A DNA stretch of 64,000 nt from Camelus dromedarius (Eukaryota): NCBI RefSeq assembly GCF_036321535.1, contig NC_087437.1, forward strand, positions 105,402,001 to 105,466,000, read 5' to 3'. Below the pieces are notes generated by a model. It saw only the letters and a list, made by a program, of their open reading frames with translations. It searched no databases and was not told the DNA's origin. Position numbers and translations under genes: made by a program. Below, in pieces: positions 48,811 to 64,000 of the stretch (its first letter is position 1; each line of letters begins with the position of its first letter).

Positions 48811-50565
48811 GTAAACAGAACAAAATATGATTCCAAAACAACTTTCTTCTGCTAGTAAACATCAAAATGATAATTAACACCATTCAAACTTAGCTCTGTT
48901 TGTAACTCTAGTCAAATAATTTAATTTTATCTAAATACTTTATTTCTAATTGTCTGCAAATTCCTGTGACATAAAGTGTAATTTAGTCTGAGAAATTTTG
49001 CAATACATTGGACTATATTCACACTTCTAGATTTAAAAGGAATACAACCACTCTGCTAACACTAATTATTAAAATAGCTGTCTTACGAGACTGGCAATTT
49101 GAAGTCACATTTGAGAAAGTTATCATTATTAGTGGAAGCAAATTGTCCAGATATTTGACACATTTTGAGAAGAATCATTATAACATCTTTTAAAGCAGAA
49201 CAATTATTTGGGCCTTTTAAAGTAAAAATAATTATTTGCTGGTAATTAGTTTAAAGTGATGCTGCTAGTTCTCCAGGCATCTGTTCTGTACACCACACAT
49301 GTAAACATGATTTTTAAATTTGCATCACCTCTGCTACAACATTTTTGCTCCACTTAGCTCATCTCAGCCTGTAAAAAGCTTTAGTTATGTACAAATATTT
49401 GTAATTCATGTTTGGAATAATTGTTCATGTTCAAGGTCTTACACTCTGTTATGAGACATACGTGTTATGTTACTCAATACGCACACAGACCAAATGGCAC
49501 AGGCAATTTTCTTTCTTAAATCCCTTGCAAAAGAAGTCTGATGCCAGTCAAACCCCAAATCTATACTTTGGCTAAATGCTTTCCATTAAAACGAACTGGG
49601 AACGTAGCACAAACAAGAACATTCCTACTCTATGTTCTTTGTCTCATTTTCTGCCTACTTTATTCTTCCACAAGCATAATTCTGTTAGTCCAACTAATCA
49701 AGATTTTCTGCTGAAAAAAAAAAGTATAATTTATTTATTGTGATCACATACTAAGATCCATTCCCCTCTCCAACTGGGCACATGATTTAGTTTTTAAAGA
49801 CATATACCTTAAAGATTCACTAACTAGACATTAAATATAATGTATAATGATTGGATATTTTCCTTTCACATTTCAATAGAATCTGAGTGAGGACAAACAT
49901 CTTGACAAAAGCCACCAATCATAGTGTCAGTTCCATGCCTTACTGCATGACATGTTGGCCTATCATGAAATTATTTCAACTGCAGCAAACTGTTTAAATG
50001 ATCTTACCTCTATGACAGTTCTTCCATTTATATGAACTCATTTATATCTAAAAATTCCAATGTGGATTAAAAATAGCAATTTAACTGGATTATCTTCCTC
50101 TCATTCTTGGAAATACTCTAGTCTTGTCATGAAAATTACAATTATGCTTAAGCCATTTTTACTATCTTTCTTAGTAAGTAGTGACAAATGGAAAGCACTC
50201 AACGGAAATTGAAATGCAGAAATGAATTGAAAAGTAAGCCAAGGCATTTCAAGAAAATGCTAACACAAAGAGAAATAAATCCCTTTTCTAGAAGACGGAC
50301 AATGAATAAATTACATTGACTTCATATTGGCTTTCCGAATGGTTTTAGTCTTCAACGTATCATTTTTGAAATTATAAAATATAACATTCCGCAGCATTTC
50401 TATGATTGTAATTGAGCAATAATAATTGCTAGTCATTACTGTTTCAATTTTAGTAAAATAACCCATTAAGTTCCCTCAAATTAAAGTAACTATAAATTAC
50501 TAAAATAGCTACTCCTCCTTTCACAGCGGAATTTAATTGTTTAGACTTAAAAGCTTATCACTTTT

Positions 50566-50979
50566 GAAGTAAGCCAGAAAGAGAAAGAAAAATACCGTAT
50601 GAGATCGCTCATATGTGGAATCTGAAAAAAAAAAAAAAAAGAGCATAAATACAAAACAGAAACAGACTCATAGAATAGAATACAAACTTATGGTTGCCAA
50701 GGGTGGAGGGTGGGAAGGGACAGACTGGGAGTTCAAAATTTGTAGATACTGACAGGCATATGTAGAATAGATAAATAAGATTATATGCTATAGCACAGAG
50801 AAACATATACAAGATCTTGTGGTAGCTCACAGAGGAAAAAAAATGTGACAATGAATATATGTATGTTCATGTATAACTGAAAAATTGTGCTGTACACTGG
50901 AATTTGACACAACATTGTAAAATGACTATAACTCAATAAAAAAAGTTTTAAAAAATGTTTAAATAAATAAACAAATAAT
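50566..50979 (+). mobile_element. Camelid L1 3' end with 17-bp TSD
   Basis: TSD aaaagcttatcactttt (50549-50565) / aaaagcttatcattttt (50980-50996); TT|AAAA target; AATAAA plus A-rich tail. Confidence 0.92.
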
Positions 50980-53214
50980 AAAAGCTTATCATTTTTATCA
51001 AGGAGTATCAAGTAGAGAAAAGAATAAAGTAAACTTTAATTACTAGTGAAGTTTCTCTGTGATTATAAAAAATGTCCTTACTCATATTTAAATTCTAGCT
51101 ACTTTTCTTAATGGAAACATAAGATTCTAAGTCTAGTTCTCTCTCACTTGGGATCAGGATAAAATATCTGTTGGGTATGACTGCTTTTGAGTTGCACTGG
51201 TGGAATCACATCTCATTATTCCCAAGATAAAAGCAATCATGCCATTAGCTTCATGCTTTATGAAGTATTCAAATAACTAATATTGATAAACACATGTAAA
51301 TAAATACTACAACTCAACATTTCATACTCCTTTTTTGTATTAAATTTTATTTTATGCTTAAAACTTTTTATAAACCTCATATCCTCTTTTGCATATGCTT
51401 TGGAAGATGTTGATTCTCCCAGGCCATCTTTAGGACCAGTAATCCATGATTGGGCATAAAATTGAACCAATCAAAATCTTTGCTATGAATTATCTATTCA
51501 TATGAGAAGTATGCACTAGCCTTCCTTCATCTCATGGTTTCAACTTTTTGCAGTGGATGAATATGAAATCAAGAAGCAAAGAGAAGCAGAAAAGCAGATG
51601 AGGAAAAAAATGCAGAAGAAAAACTCTGATTATATTTCCAGGGTTCTGTATCTAACCATATTTGATGTAACCATATCTGAAAATAATTTATTAATTTTTT
51701 AACCTAGAATTTTATGAAAATTATTTATTATTCTTTTATTTTCAGTGTCTGAAAGTTTCAATAGCCTGCTCTCATGAACCACAATCTGTATTAAATTTCA
51801 GTTTGCTTTGCAAATGATGTAAACTCAACCATAATAGTTCACCATTTGCAATCCAAACGATGAAACTGTCTGTAGATGGTGGTGGGTAACATAGGTTATT
51901 GCATGTGATAGACCTTATAACATGGAAATAGTTGAGTCAACATAAGGTCTAAGACGGGAGGCTTCTGCTAAAAGGAATTGTTGAGAATTCTATTTACACT
52001 ACAGAAAAGCAACTAATTAATAGTAGTACTAATAGATTAACTGAGACCTTTGGAAATATAGTAGAAAACTGTCAGGATGCTAGTGTGGGCTGCGGCTTTT
52101 TGTGGTCTTCCTTATGGTGAAAAAGACAGAATCATTGTTCAAAGATAAAAAACAGTCATGTAAACATTTAAAATTCATTTTAATCAATGTCATAGAAGTA
52201 TATTCCAGAACAGTAATGATGAAAATTCTGCTTCTTGCCATTTTAAACCTACTCCTTTTTAGCCCTCCAAACACATTGGGAAAGCTGAAAGGCAATTATT
52301 GTTTCATTGCCTTTAAAAATTAGGAAAGAAAGCTTCTCTTTTTGTGAATTTAATAAACAGCATCATTAATGTTTTTCAGTTCACAAGCTGAATACATTTC
52401 AGTGACTGTATAACCAGATGTTAGGAAACATAAAAGTTTAAATAAGAGTTATTCAGAAAAAAATATATATATATATAGCATTGTACTTTGTTCTTTCAGA
52501 ATTCAGGAACTGCCTTCAGTCGGGGAATATTTGTGGCTTAACACTTCTTGAATTTTATTTTCAGTAACATCCTCTCATTGAATTCTGGCAGAATAAAACA
52601 GTGTAAAGGGACATTAAGATCATAGGTCCTCTTTGCAATGAAATGATGGATTGTCTTATTTCATTTTTACTTCCTTCTTCAGTATATCACTTAGAGTAAA
52701 TGTTGAAAACTGTAATAAATTGACATCATATTTCCAAACCCTCTCCTTTATACTGAAGGTCGTTTGAATGTGAGCCTGCCAGTAGTTTCCAAAAAGATGC
52801 TATTGTCTAGATAATACTTAAAGTAAAATTTGTCAAGGAGAATTTTGGAGGTGTTCTTAATGCTGATTATATACAGAAGTACACAACTATTTTGAAGTAT
52901 ACTTTAAAAATTTTAAGAATTTTATTTTTAAGGCAACTACTTATTCTAATTAAGTGTATGTTTTAGTTTAATGTTAAATATTCTCAAGTATCTAAGTAAT
53001 ACAACGTCAACTAGCTCCCACTTGGAATTTAAAAAAAAAAAGGCTTTAATCATGATTAATGGTGAATTATTTTTAGAACATGAGAATAACTACCTGAAAC
53101 ATATAATCAAGAATTAGTAAAATTGCATTAAATTTTAGATTCACAGGTTTAGCAAATTTACTTATTGAGGTAGAGGTTGTTCTATCTCCCAGCCAGTTAA
53201 ACTAAGACCTTAAC

Positions 53215-53430
53215 ACAAGAATGGAACTCTGGAGACAAACAAGGACTTGTCTTAACTCTGTCACTAAGTAGCTATGTTAATGTCAGCAAGTTGCTTCAGT
53301 TCTTTGAGTCTCAGTTTCTTTGCCAGAATCATGGGAATATAATGAGGATGGCTTGATGAGATAAATCATATAAAGCTGTTTGAACTTTGCTTAGTGCCTA
53401 GTAAACATCCAATACATATTTGTTGTTCTT
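53215..53430 (+). mobile_element. MIR
   Basis: ctctgtcactaagtagctatg...gcaagttgcttcagttctttgagtctcagtttct MIR core. Confidence 0.8.
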
Positions 53431-54691
53431 ATGTCTGATGTTATTGTTGTGGTCACTGTTACTATTAGTAGTAGCATGGTGATATACCGATCACTATACA
53501 AATCTAAAATAGATGCATTCAATGATACACCATTGACTTTTAATCTGGGTAAAAGTATGTATCAAATAAATGGTTTCATTAAGTCATAAGCTGTGTATGG
53601 AACATTCATTTATATTACTATGGTAAGGTTTAATGCCCTCCTAATGTTCTCTTACATGTTCAAAGAGAAAAACTTTCACAAATGGCTCTGGAATAGTATT
53701 TAAGAGAAAGGCATAGATTGTGTTTGGAGCCCTGGCTGTAAGCCTTCCTAGCTTTGTGACCTTAAGCAGACATGTGAACTATCTGTGCTTAAGGCATCCT
53801 TAGAGTGTGTGGAGCACAGGCCAATATTTTTTGCAGAAATCCTGTCTATATAAATAATTAGAGAGCCTCTAAATTAGCAAGTCTACTACATTCTGACAGT
53901 CTATCCTTGCACTATTCCAGGAATGAAATGGCTTACTGGTTGTCAGTGGGTGTTATCAGCTTCCCAGGCTGCCCTTCTGGAATCAGGGACCAGCTATCAG
54001 AACCTGGGACATCCCCATTAAATATGAATCTCAAAGTTTCTCAGAACATCTGTCATGAGTTGGGAAAGGCTGTTTGAGAGTTAAAGAATGCCCACAGGAG
54101 AGAACTGAAGACTTTAGTCCAAACAGGAGCCAGGCTAGATTCAGAACTCCCTACCCAGATGATGGCACTGGTCCACACTGTGCCAGGTCCACAAAGGGGG
54201 ATTTTTTTTTTTTTAAGTAGGCACTTGTAAGGAACTCCATGAGTCACATGACCCAAAGTAGCAGCCCTGCCTGTTCCTGTATGAGATTAGTACTGCTCTG
54301 AGCAACAGCCTCCTCAGCTATCAGATGATGATATCATAATATGTCAATACCACACGTAATATAACTATATCACATGCTTTACAGAAGATTCTACACGTAC
54401 TGCTCAGCACAGCTCTTGGCATATGCTTGTAACATTATAAGCATCAAATAGTTTCAAAATACGAAGATATTTTAAAAATCAAAAGTACAAAGAGACCTAG
54501 AGAGGGAGAGAGAGAAGTTCAGGCTGACAATTCTGACAAAACGTCTATTCTTCAATTGTAACCACATCTTTATAAGCAGTACAGAGAGTTGAAAATTCTC
54601 CATTGACTCTACCAATGTCAAGTACATTTTAAAATAAACTTTAAATATTCTACCTAAAAAAAAATAACTTGAGGATTTGGAAATTGTAAAT

Positions 54692-54850
54692 CAGTGGTTC
54701 TCAAACTCAATGTGCATCAAAATCACATAGAGCTTGTTAGAACACAGATCACTGGAACTCAACTCCAGAGTGCCCTTTAGATAGGTGGAGCTTAAGAATT
54801 TGCATTTCTAGCAAGTCCTCCAGCTGATGCCCAGGCTGCTGGTCCACTTA
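54692..54850 (+). mobile_element. hAT-Charlie MITE (MER5A-like)
   Basis: cagtggttctcaaact...gcatcaaaatcac...aagaatttgcatttctagcaagt...gctgctggtcca. Confidence 0.8.
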
Positions 54851-55699
54851 TAAGTCATATTGCTGATAGCATCATCACTGCTCTGATTTTTCCTTTGTAT
54901 TTGTTAATTAGTCCTAAGTCTTCTTCAGCCTTGTGTCAGGAAGAATTAACCACATTCATATACTTAGCCTCCAAATAGTTTTAGAGAGTATTTTCCTTTG
55001 TTCCATATAATGTAACATTTCACACATACCAAAAATATATGTGACCAACATTCTTCATTCTTGATGAATTCAACGCCATATGCAAAGATCATGGTGGTTG
55101 AAGGAGATTAATTCATAAAGGCCTTTTAACTTATTAATGCATTCACTGTATTTTAAGGTTCTGAATCATTTGATGACCTTTCTCCCATGACTTCATTCCT
55201 GTCATTAATGTCATTATTATGTTTACATTTACTGATTTTGTATTCATGAGTAAGGAAATATAAGTAAAAATACAATGGAATATTCACAAACAAAATAATT
55301 TTACTCAATGGCAGTGACAAACACCTGGAATCACAGACATTTTAAGCCAATATGTTGCATTACTATACTTGTCATGCTGAAAGTACGTTTTATTTAAGTG
55401 CTAAACAAAGGTGTGTGCTCTTTGACTCTTAATGTGAGGTCTTTGGGGATATTAAAATAATAGTTTAAAAGAATTATAACTTTTTTGTTGCCTTATTTTA
55501 TATTTCTTATAATTCATATTTGTATGTATTTCTCATAAACTTTAAGTTGGTACCTAGCTCCTCTTTTCAGTTCAACTTTTCTTGATTTTCCTCCAGGAAG
55601 AGATTTGGGTATTTTATTAAAGCCTGAGCTTTGGGTGAAATATTGTGTGTAGAGGAGAGGAATTTATATTACAAAGCTGGATAAGTTTTAAAATAGCTC

Positions 55700-58600
55700 T
55701 ATTAATAGATAATTCACCTCTTATAAAATCTGCCAGTGAAGATGTACAGACGAATGTTTGCAGTATGTTCAAGGAGTTGCACAATTATTGCTGCAATCAA
55801 TATTAGAACATTCATTACCCCCAAAGAAGCCCTTAGCATCAGTCAATCCCCATTTTTACCTAACATCTAGGCCACCATTTGTCTATAATCTATCTCTATA
55901 GACTTTCCATTCTAGACATTCCATATAAATGAAATAATAAAATATGTAGTCTTTCTTGGCTGGTTTCTTTCATTTAACATAACATTTTCAAGATTCATCT
56001 AAGCTGTAGTATATATATTGGTACCTTATTTATTTTATTGCCAAATAATATTCCATTATATGAGTATGCCATCTTTTAGTTATCCATTCATATGTTGATA
56101 AACATTTGGATATTTTGAATAGTATTTCAGTTAGCGTTCTTGTGAAAGTTTTTGCATGAACATATACAGTCATTTCTCTTGAGTGTTATATCTAGTGATG
56201 AATTTGCTGAATCATATGGTAATTTTACGTTGAATATTTTGATGAATGACAGATGGTTTTTCTGTCACTGAACTATTTAACATTCACACAGAAGAGTTTG
56301 AGAGTTCCAGTTTCTTTAAACTTTTATTAATACTTAGTGTTTTTTTTAATAGCCATTTTAGTTGATGCAATATGGCATTTCATTGAGGTTTTAATTTGCA
56401 TTTCCTGATGTCTAATGATGTTGAACATCTTTTCATGTATTTTTTGGCCATGCATATTTGCACATCTTCTTTGGAGAAATATGTGTTTATCTTTTGCCCA
56501 TTTTTCAATTGAGTTGTTTTATTATTGAGTTGTAGGAGTTGTTTATGCATTCTAGATACAAGTACTTTATCAACTATATAATTTGTAATTTTTTTTCCAA
56601 TTCTGTGGGATATTTTTCACATTCTTGATGATCCTCTTTGATGATACTCAATTTATCTATTTTATTTTAGTCTTTGTTTTGGCATTTTAGGTGTCATATC
56701 AAAGAATTCATTATCTAATCGCAGGTCACAAATACACCCATGTTTTCTCTTAAAAGTTTTATAGAGTTAGTTCATGTATTTAGGGCTTTTTTTCCTTTCA
56801 GGTAAATTTTTATACATGGAATATGGAATGGGCCTAACTTCATTCTTTTCTGTATAGATATCCAGCACTATTTGTTGAAAAGCCTATTCTTTCTCCATTG
56901 ATTTGTCTTGGTACCTTTGTCTGAAATCAATTAAATATTATATTTTACTCCAGGAATCTCAGTTCTATCCCATTGATTTAACTTATCTTCCTTATTTCAG
57001 TAAGACATTGTTTGATTAAAGGAGCTTTGTGGTAAGTTTGAAAATCAAGAATTGTGAGTCTTCTGATGTTCTTTTTCAAAACTATGTGGCTATTCTGAAG
57101 AGCTTGAAATTCCATATCAGTGTTGAGATCAGGTTTTTAATTTCTGACAAAACAGCAGCTGAGCTTTTGACAGAAATTCCATTGGATTAATTAGATCAAT
57201 TTAGAAATTACTGCCATTTTAGCAATATTAAATTTTCTAATCCCCAAACATGGGATATCTTTCAAAGTATCTAGTTGATCTTTAATATTTTCTGCTATAT
57301 TTGCTTGTTTTCAGAGTGTACATTTTGCATGTATTTTGTTAAATTTATTCATAGAATTTGATTGTTTTTTATATTACTGTAATGGAATTATTTTTTAATT
57401 TTATTTTTTAATTTCTACCTTTACTGTATATATTTTATCATAAAGGAATATTAAATTTTGTCAAATTATTTTCTACACTTAATAAGATAATCATGTTTAT
57501 TTTATCCTTTTCTTTTGATATGGTGTATTGTATTAATTGATTTTCAGATCTTAAGCTGTCCTTGCTTTTGGGGAATAAATGCCACTTAGTCATGGTGTAA
57601 AATATTTTTAATAGATTGATATTATTTTGTTAAGAAGGTTTTTGTTTACATTTATAAACAATATTGGTCTGTAGGTTTTTTTTTTCTTGTCATACATTTG
57701 TCTAGTTTTAATATCAAAATATTCTGCAGAGTTGTTCTACCCATTACTGAAAGTGAGATATTGTGTCCAACTATTACTGTTGAATTGTCTATTTTCCTTT
57801 CAATTCTCTAAGTTTTCATTATATGTATTCTGGGACTCTCTTAGGTGTGTGTATGTTTATAAGTGTTATATCTCCAGTTATAATAACCTTTTTATTATCA
57901 TAAAGTAGCCCTCTTTTATCTCTAGTAACATCCTTTTTCTAAGGGCAATTTTATCTGAAATTTGTGAAGCCATTCCAGACTTTTTATGGTTTGCAGTTTA
58001 CACAATATTTCTTTTCTCATCCCCTTACTTTCAATGTATTTATTTATTTGAATATAAAACATGTCTCCTATAGAGAGCTTATATTGGGATTTTATTGTTT
58101 TCTCTACTCTCACAGTATCTGCATTTAGATTGGACTGTTTAATCCATTTCCATTTAATGTTATTCATAAAGTTGCATTTACATTTGAAATTTTTCATTTG
58201 GTTTTCTATATGCCCCATGTCTTTTTTCTCTAATGTTCCTTTACTGCTTTCTTTTTCCGTTAAGTTTTCTAGTGTAAGATTTAAATTTCTTTAATAAAGT
58301 TTTACTATATTTTTGAGTGAATTTCTTAGTGATTACTTTATACTTATAACCATGGAGAACCTATGAGAAACTACTTCAGGTTTACATTAATGTTAATCCA
58401 GTGAGATATAGTAAAGTGCCTCCTATATAGTCTTGCACCTTCTCCCTACACTTTTTGTGCTATGATTGTTATACATATTGCATCTACATATGTTATAGAC
58501 CCATATATACATTGTTATATAATTTACTTTATATAATGTTATGTCTTCTAAAGATGTTGAGAAAGGAAAGAGGACATGAATATATTCATAGAGTTTGATA

Positions 58601-58985
58601 TCTGAACTTTCTACTTTACTAGTCCTGATTCTCTTTATTTCTTTCTGTGGTTTTAAGTAACCATCCAGAGTCATTTACTTACTCCAGTACAAATTTTCTC
58701 CCACCTACCTCATTTGTGCTGTTATTGTCAAATGTATTACATTCCTATATACTATAGGACCAAAAATATAATTATATATACATTGTTTTATAACATTGAT
58801 TTTTAAATCAGTTAAAAGCAAAGAGGGAAAGAAATATGAATTTATACTATCTTTTATAGATACATAATTACTGTTACTAGTACCATTAGTTTTGGAATTT
58901 AGACTCTGATTTGAATTGAATCAGCCTCAAGAAGTTCCTGTACTATTTATTTTAGGGTGGGTCAGCTAGTAGCATATTCATTCAG
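55700..58985 (-). mobile_element. Long old L1 (L1MB-like) remnant with internal deletions
   Basis: 3'UTR (ttctagacattccatataaatgaaat) and ORF2 antisense motifs (ttttaatttgcatttcctgatgtctaatgatgttgaacatcttttcatg; atatccagcactatttgttgaaaag), continuing into more 5' pieces. Confidence 0.85.
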
Positions 58986-58989
58986 ACCA

Positions 58990-59770
58990 ATGGAGACCCT
59001 GCAACAATTTGGCCTAATGTTCCTATTTTGCGGTGGGTCGATTCAGACAATGAATGGCAGCATGGGAAAGGTCCAGAATGCCTCAGCTGCAAAGTGAAAT
59101 GGTACATTCAAGAATGTAGAAAACTTGGGTCCAAGGGTGTTTCATGACTTACATGACAGATTAACAACTTTTCCCCATTTTTGGGAGAGAGTCATTCCGC
59201 AGCTTCAAACTAGAGCCTCAGTGGGACATGGTTGTTTTATTCAATGGGCAGAACTCAAAGCCTTTCTTATACTGGCCAAAAATTCTTCTGATGAACTTAG
59301 TTCTATTTGTACTGATGGCTGTTTGGTCTGTTGCTTGGAAAATTACACTGACAGATTTAAAGACCTAGTTCTTTGGATTCACGAACATTTGAAACAAATT
59401 GCAGCTGTTTATCAAACTCCTGGGTCACTCATCTAGATGTCCACAGCAGGCCGTCTTCTCTGATGTGACCAACTGGAGTCAGCCTGCTGTGGGACCGCAC
59501 TACCCAGACTCCTACTATTATTGCTGAGGCCCACCGTTGCTCCAAACACGTCAGCATACTTACCCTTATAGACTAGAAACAAGGTAAAAGACTGTGTTTC
59601 TAACGCAGAGGCTACCACCGCACGCCACCCTTAACTGTTGCAAGAAGTTGAATTGTCTGTCTCCTGGAAGACTGCAATTTGAATAGAGCGGAGAATGTAT
59701 GAAATACTTGTGGATATTTTTTTTTTGCCTTATTGCTATTCTGAAATTGGGCACCTTAACATTTCATATT
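58990..59770 (+). mobile_element. ERV (ERVL-like) pol RNase H remnant
   Basis: ORF 59125-59436 contains QWAELKAFL...ICTDG, matching the RNase H motif AQWAELxAV...IxTDS. Confidence 0.6.
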
Positions 59771-61609
59771 CCAGGTGTCAGCATATTGAGACGGCAAAAA
59801 TTTCAGGACATAAATAATTTTTGTCTGAGATACTGTGTATGGACAGAGAGAAGGAAATAAAAAAACATTGGGCTAATTTTAAATACATGTCTTCCATCAT
59901 CAAGTCAGCTTATGGTAGAATGTTTGAATTATTAAATTACTATCCAATAATTTACCCCCCTCCCTCGCTTTGGGATTCTAAAATAAACATTTATTTAACA
60001 CAGGAACTTCCTCTAGTCCAAGTCCTGGATGCATCACTGGTTTTATATACACTTAAAAATCCCCACTCACAAAAACCACTATATATCAACAATATTTCTT
60101 TCAATTATTTAATATGGTGTGTTTTGGCTTTTCATAGGCGCAGTGGTTTTATACTCAAATATGCATGGTCATTTTTAAAAATAGAGCAAGATGTAACAAG
60201 ATCTAATTATTTCACAACAGATTCTCCCTGATTTTTCTCAAGTACTCACTATTGCCTTTCTGTGAATATTTTGGCCTAAAAAGAAGGAACAGGTGGTTTG
60301 GTGACAAGAAGCCATGTGCATGTTAATGTGGCATCAATTTCTGCAGAAAAAAAATCAAGCGTTCTCAGAATTTCAGGCTGCCAATCTACTTAGCTGGCAC
60401 CTGCAGTCTAAAATATCACAGTATTTTGTGAGCAGGCAGGTTGCCAGCATAACAGATGGAAACAAGTATCGACAGCCAAGTGATCATGTTCGTACATCCG
60501 TTGTGGGTGTTGAAGGCAAACTGCTCAGTTAAGAAGGTCAAATAGCTGTTTGCCCAGAGCTTCCTCAATTAATATTAAAAAGAATAGCTGTCTATGCATC
60601 ATATTACCTATATCCTTATTTACCTTGAATATATGCATTTATAGATACACCAATGAAATTTTTATATTATAATCAGTAGATTCCATTCCAGTGGCATAAC
60701 AGATGCCCTGAGCCTTAAACAGCAAAAATAATTAATTTCAACAACAGAAAAAAAAAATGTGCTTGTAAAGTGAATGGATGTTTTGGTAAATTATATTTAA
60801 TTTTTAATATATTCTCTTTAAAGAAGGAGGGCTTGATGTAGAGCATTTATCTCCAGTCTTTTGAAGTATCTGACAATCTCTTACATAAATAGCAGCCATT
60901 CATTTTGTCAAGTCAGTAAAATGTTGCAACTCAAATCAAGGCAATCAATACTTAATTTCTACCAGTTATTTACTGGATTCAAATAAGTTACCTTCAGATT
61001 ACACCAGTTTATATTGCTGTTTTTCAGTCTATCAATTTTATGTCTTCCTTTCATATATTACTATGAATTTATTTTGGTCCAAATAAAAGCAAAACTGACT
61101 GATAAACAAGGAAGACACAAAAATATTCTGCAATTTTTTTTCTGTTCTTCAATAGCTTACCAGCAAAAAACTATCTGTAGTGATAGAAAATGTAGGCACA
61201 ACAATGTTTTAGTGGTAAAATTAATAGAAGTTCAGAAAAAAAAAGTGGGTAGGTGGACTCTAGGAAAGCTGCCTAGAGAAGGTAGAATTAGGGAATGAAA
61301 ATCTGTGGACCCTTCATCAGACAAAGGGAGTATTCCATAAGCTAGGTGTAGAACTAGTTCATAACAAAGAAAATAGAAAAATTCTACCTTAAATTAAAGA
61401 TTTTATTGTTGTTCTTTGGCTCATTGGAATGCTATCAGCTTGCTGAGTATTTGCTGCATTTGCTGGCTGTTCAACAAAACCAAAATAAAAGCTACATATA
61501 CACAGAAGTAACTGTATATGGGTAAGCATGGGATCTGCTGGATTGGATACTGAATGATAATAATATTGGTTAAGTAAGTTTGAATACATGATGATAATGA
61601 TAGTTACAG

Positions 61610-61830
61610 AATCACTAACATTTATTTGGAACAGGCAGTATGCTAATTGCTTCATATGTATTATTATATTTAATACCCACAACAAAACTACAAGATAGTC
61701 AGCATTGTATTCCCAATTGAAAAATAATATGGTATAGAGAGAGAGGCAAAACTAGGTACTAGTCCACATTTAAATGAGAGGTTGGCAAGGTTGCTAAATT
61801 TCAAAGTCCATTTTCGTAACCACTACAAGA
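61610..61830 (-). mobile_element. MIR fragment
   Basis: ctaacatttatttgga...atttaatacccacaacaaaacta...tattcccaatt. Confidence 0.6.
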
Positions 61831-63021
61831 GACTGTGAAAATAATAAAAGAATTCCAAGCTAAGTAAAACTGTTTTAAACTAATAGTGTCATGAAAGTTT
61901 AAGAAATAAAGGAAGAATGTACCTGAGGGTTTTTTTGGTTTGTTTTTTTAACATACCTGAGTTTTAATCATAGCCACTTCCTAATTGTGCATTTTTTCCT
62001 AGCATTAATTTTGTTGTTTATAAAATGAAAGTTATTTATTTCAGGACTTCATTCTTCCCTGGTCAAATTCTGCACTTCTTGCAGAGCACCTGAGGTTGAT
62101 TTTCTGAGACCTATACGTTAAGATTTTATCTGTCTTAAGTTTTATTCTATGCTATAAATTGAATTAGTGATTACACAGAAGTTTATACTGTATTATATTA
62201 CATCTAGTTATTTCCTTTCACATTCAGAAACTAAAAAAATTACTTTTTAGAAGGGAGAGGCTGACATATGCATTTTTGCTACATATGCAAACCCTAGATT
62301 TTAACACATATATGCATCTTTGCTGTTACCCACTTTCTTTTTCTGAACTTCTATTAATTTTACCACTGAAACATTGTTGTGCCTACATTTTCTATCACTA
62401 CAAATATTAGTTTTTTGCTGGTAAGCTACTGAAGAACAGAATGATATTTGAGTGTATACATCAGAGATAACTTTAATTCACTGGCTCACTGAATTTGAAA
62501 TAGTCTCAGGTATGTATCTCAATGTTCTTCATATTTGAAGGAATGTTTCCTTAAACATGAAACAAGCTGTGTTGTGGCAGCCAAGGTCTACGCTTCTGGG
62601 AAGCCTCACCACTGTCAATCTCCCACAGCTTTCTGCATGGAATGGTGCTTCTGCTCTTGATTTAGACCCACAGGACATTTTCTGTTGGATCTGCAATCTG
62701 GGTAACACGAATCAGATGAATGGGTAATACTCTTAGGATCTACTAGCTAAACTTCCCTCAAACAATACAATACAATACAAACAATAAACCATTTGATTAA
62801 AGATGCTGTTTTTTGAGTATAAAAAGCTTCTTGTCAAAACAACAAAATACAGAATATAACTTTAATCATTGAAAATCAATAATAGAGAATATGAACTGTC
62901 ATACATTTAGCAAAACTTCTAGAAAGGCAGAATGATGGGTGTGTTTGGTTCTTGCAAATTAAACTAAAATTTTAAACAACTTTTATCAAAATAAAATTTT
63001 CTTTTTCTGCTTCAAGTAGAT

Positions 63022-64000
63022 ACTTTTTTTTCTTTTAATTATTATTGTTTATTGAAGTGTAGTCAATTTACAATGTTAGTTTCAGGTGTACAGCAAAATG
63101 ATTCAGTTATACGTATATCTTTTTTCAGTTTCTTTTCCATTATGGCTTATTACAAGAAACTGAACATAGTTCCCTGTGCGATACAGTAGGTCTTTGTTTT
63201 TTATCTATTTTATATATAGTAATGTATATCTGTTAATCCCAAACTCCTAATTTATCCCTCTCACCCACCTTTCTGCCCTGGTAACCACAGTTTGCTTTTT
63301 ATGTCCATGAATCTATTTCTGTTTTGTAAATAAAATTTATATCTTTTTTTTCTAGATTCCACATATAAGTGAGATCATATTATATTTGTCTTTCTCTGTC
63401 TGACTTCTTTCACTTAATATGGCAATCTCTAGGTCTGTCCATGTTACTGCAGAAGGCTTTTGTTCATTCTTTTAATGGCTGAATAACATTCTGTTGTATA
63501 CATATCCACATCTTCTTTATTCATTCTTCTGTTGATAGATATTGAGTTTGCTTCCATTTCTTGGCTATTGCAAACAGTGTTGCATATATCTTTTTGAATT
63601 ACAGTTTTTCCCTGGATATTTGTCCAAGAGTGGGATTGCTGGATCATATGGTATGGCATTTCCATACAAATTTTAACATTTTTTTGTTCCAGTTCTGGAA
63701 AAATGTCATCGGTAATTTGATAGGGGTTGCACTGGATCTGTATATTGCCTTGGGTAGTATGGCCATTTTAACAATATTGATTCTTCCAATCCAAGAACAC
63801 GGTATATCCTTCCATCTACTATGTCATCTTCAATTTCTTTCATCAGTGTCTTATAGTCTTCAGAGTACAGGTCCTTTACCTCCCTGGGTAGGTTTATTCC
63901 TAGCTATTTTACTTTTTTTGGTGTGATGGTAAATGGTGTTGTTTGCTTAATTCCTTTTTCTGCTATTTCATTGTTGTAGTGTATAGACATGCCACTGATT
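63022..64000 (-). mobile_element. Artiodactyl-type L1, 3' end plus ORF2, running off the window; internal deletion at ~63655
   Basis: tttattgaagtgtagtcaatttacaatg...ctagattccacatataagtgagatc...ggatcatatggta | tttccatacaaatttt...ggtaatttgatagggg. Confidence 0.9.

Noticed and set aside
59821..60231. Longest ORF in the track (136 aa)
   Set aside because: TTG start, AT-biased composition and no recognisable domain; consistent with chance.
1..64000. CRISPR arrays, operons or other prokaryotic systems
   Set aside because: The sequence is mammalian; no repeat-spacer arrays or dense coding regions are present.

Overview
AT-rich mammalian non-coding DNA, almost certainly camelid (two Vic-1-type tRNA-derived SINEs and camelid-type young L1 3' ends). 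No intact host protein-coding gene is visible; the short ORFs in the track are mostly chance or transposon remnants. Much of the window is decayed repeats: L1, L2, MIR, MaLR/ERVL/ERV1 LTRs, ERV-L internal pieces and hAT DNA transposons. The standout is a ~2.1 kb minus-strand segment (~36290-38430). Translated by hand across stops and frameshifts, it carries collinear motifs of filovirus GP2 (weak), VP30 and VP24 in the viral gene order GP-VP30-VP24, so it is a candidate multi-gene endogenous filovirus-like element (EVE). The Ebola/Marburg protein comparisons are from memory, not a database search, and need tBLASTn/HMM confirmation. Repeat subfamily names are by eye and approximate.
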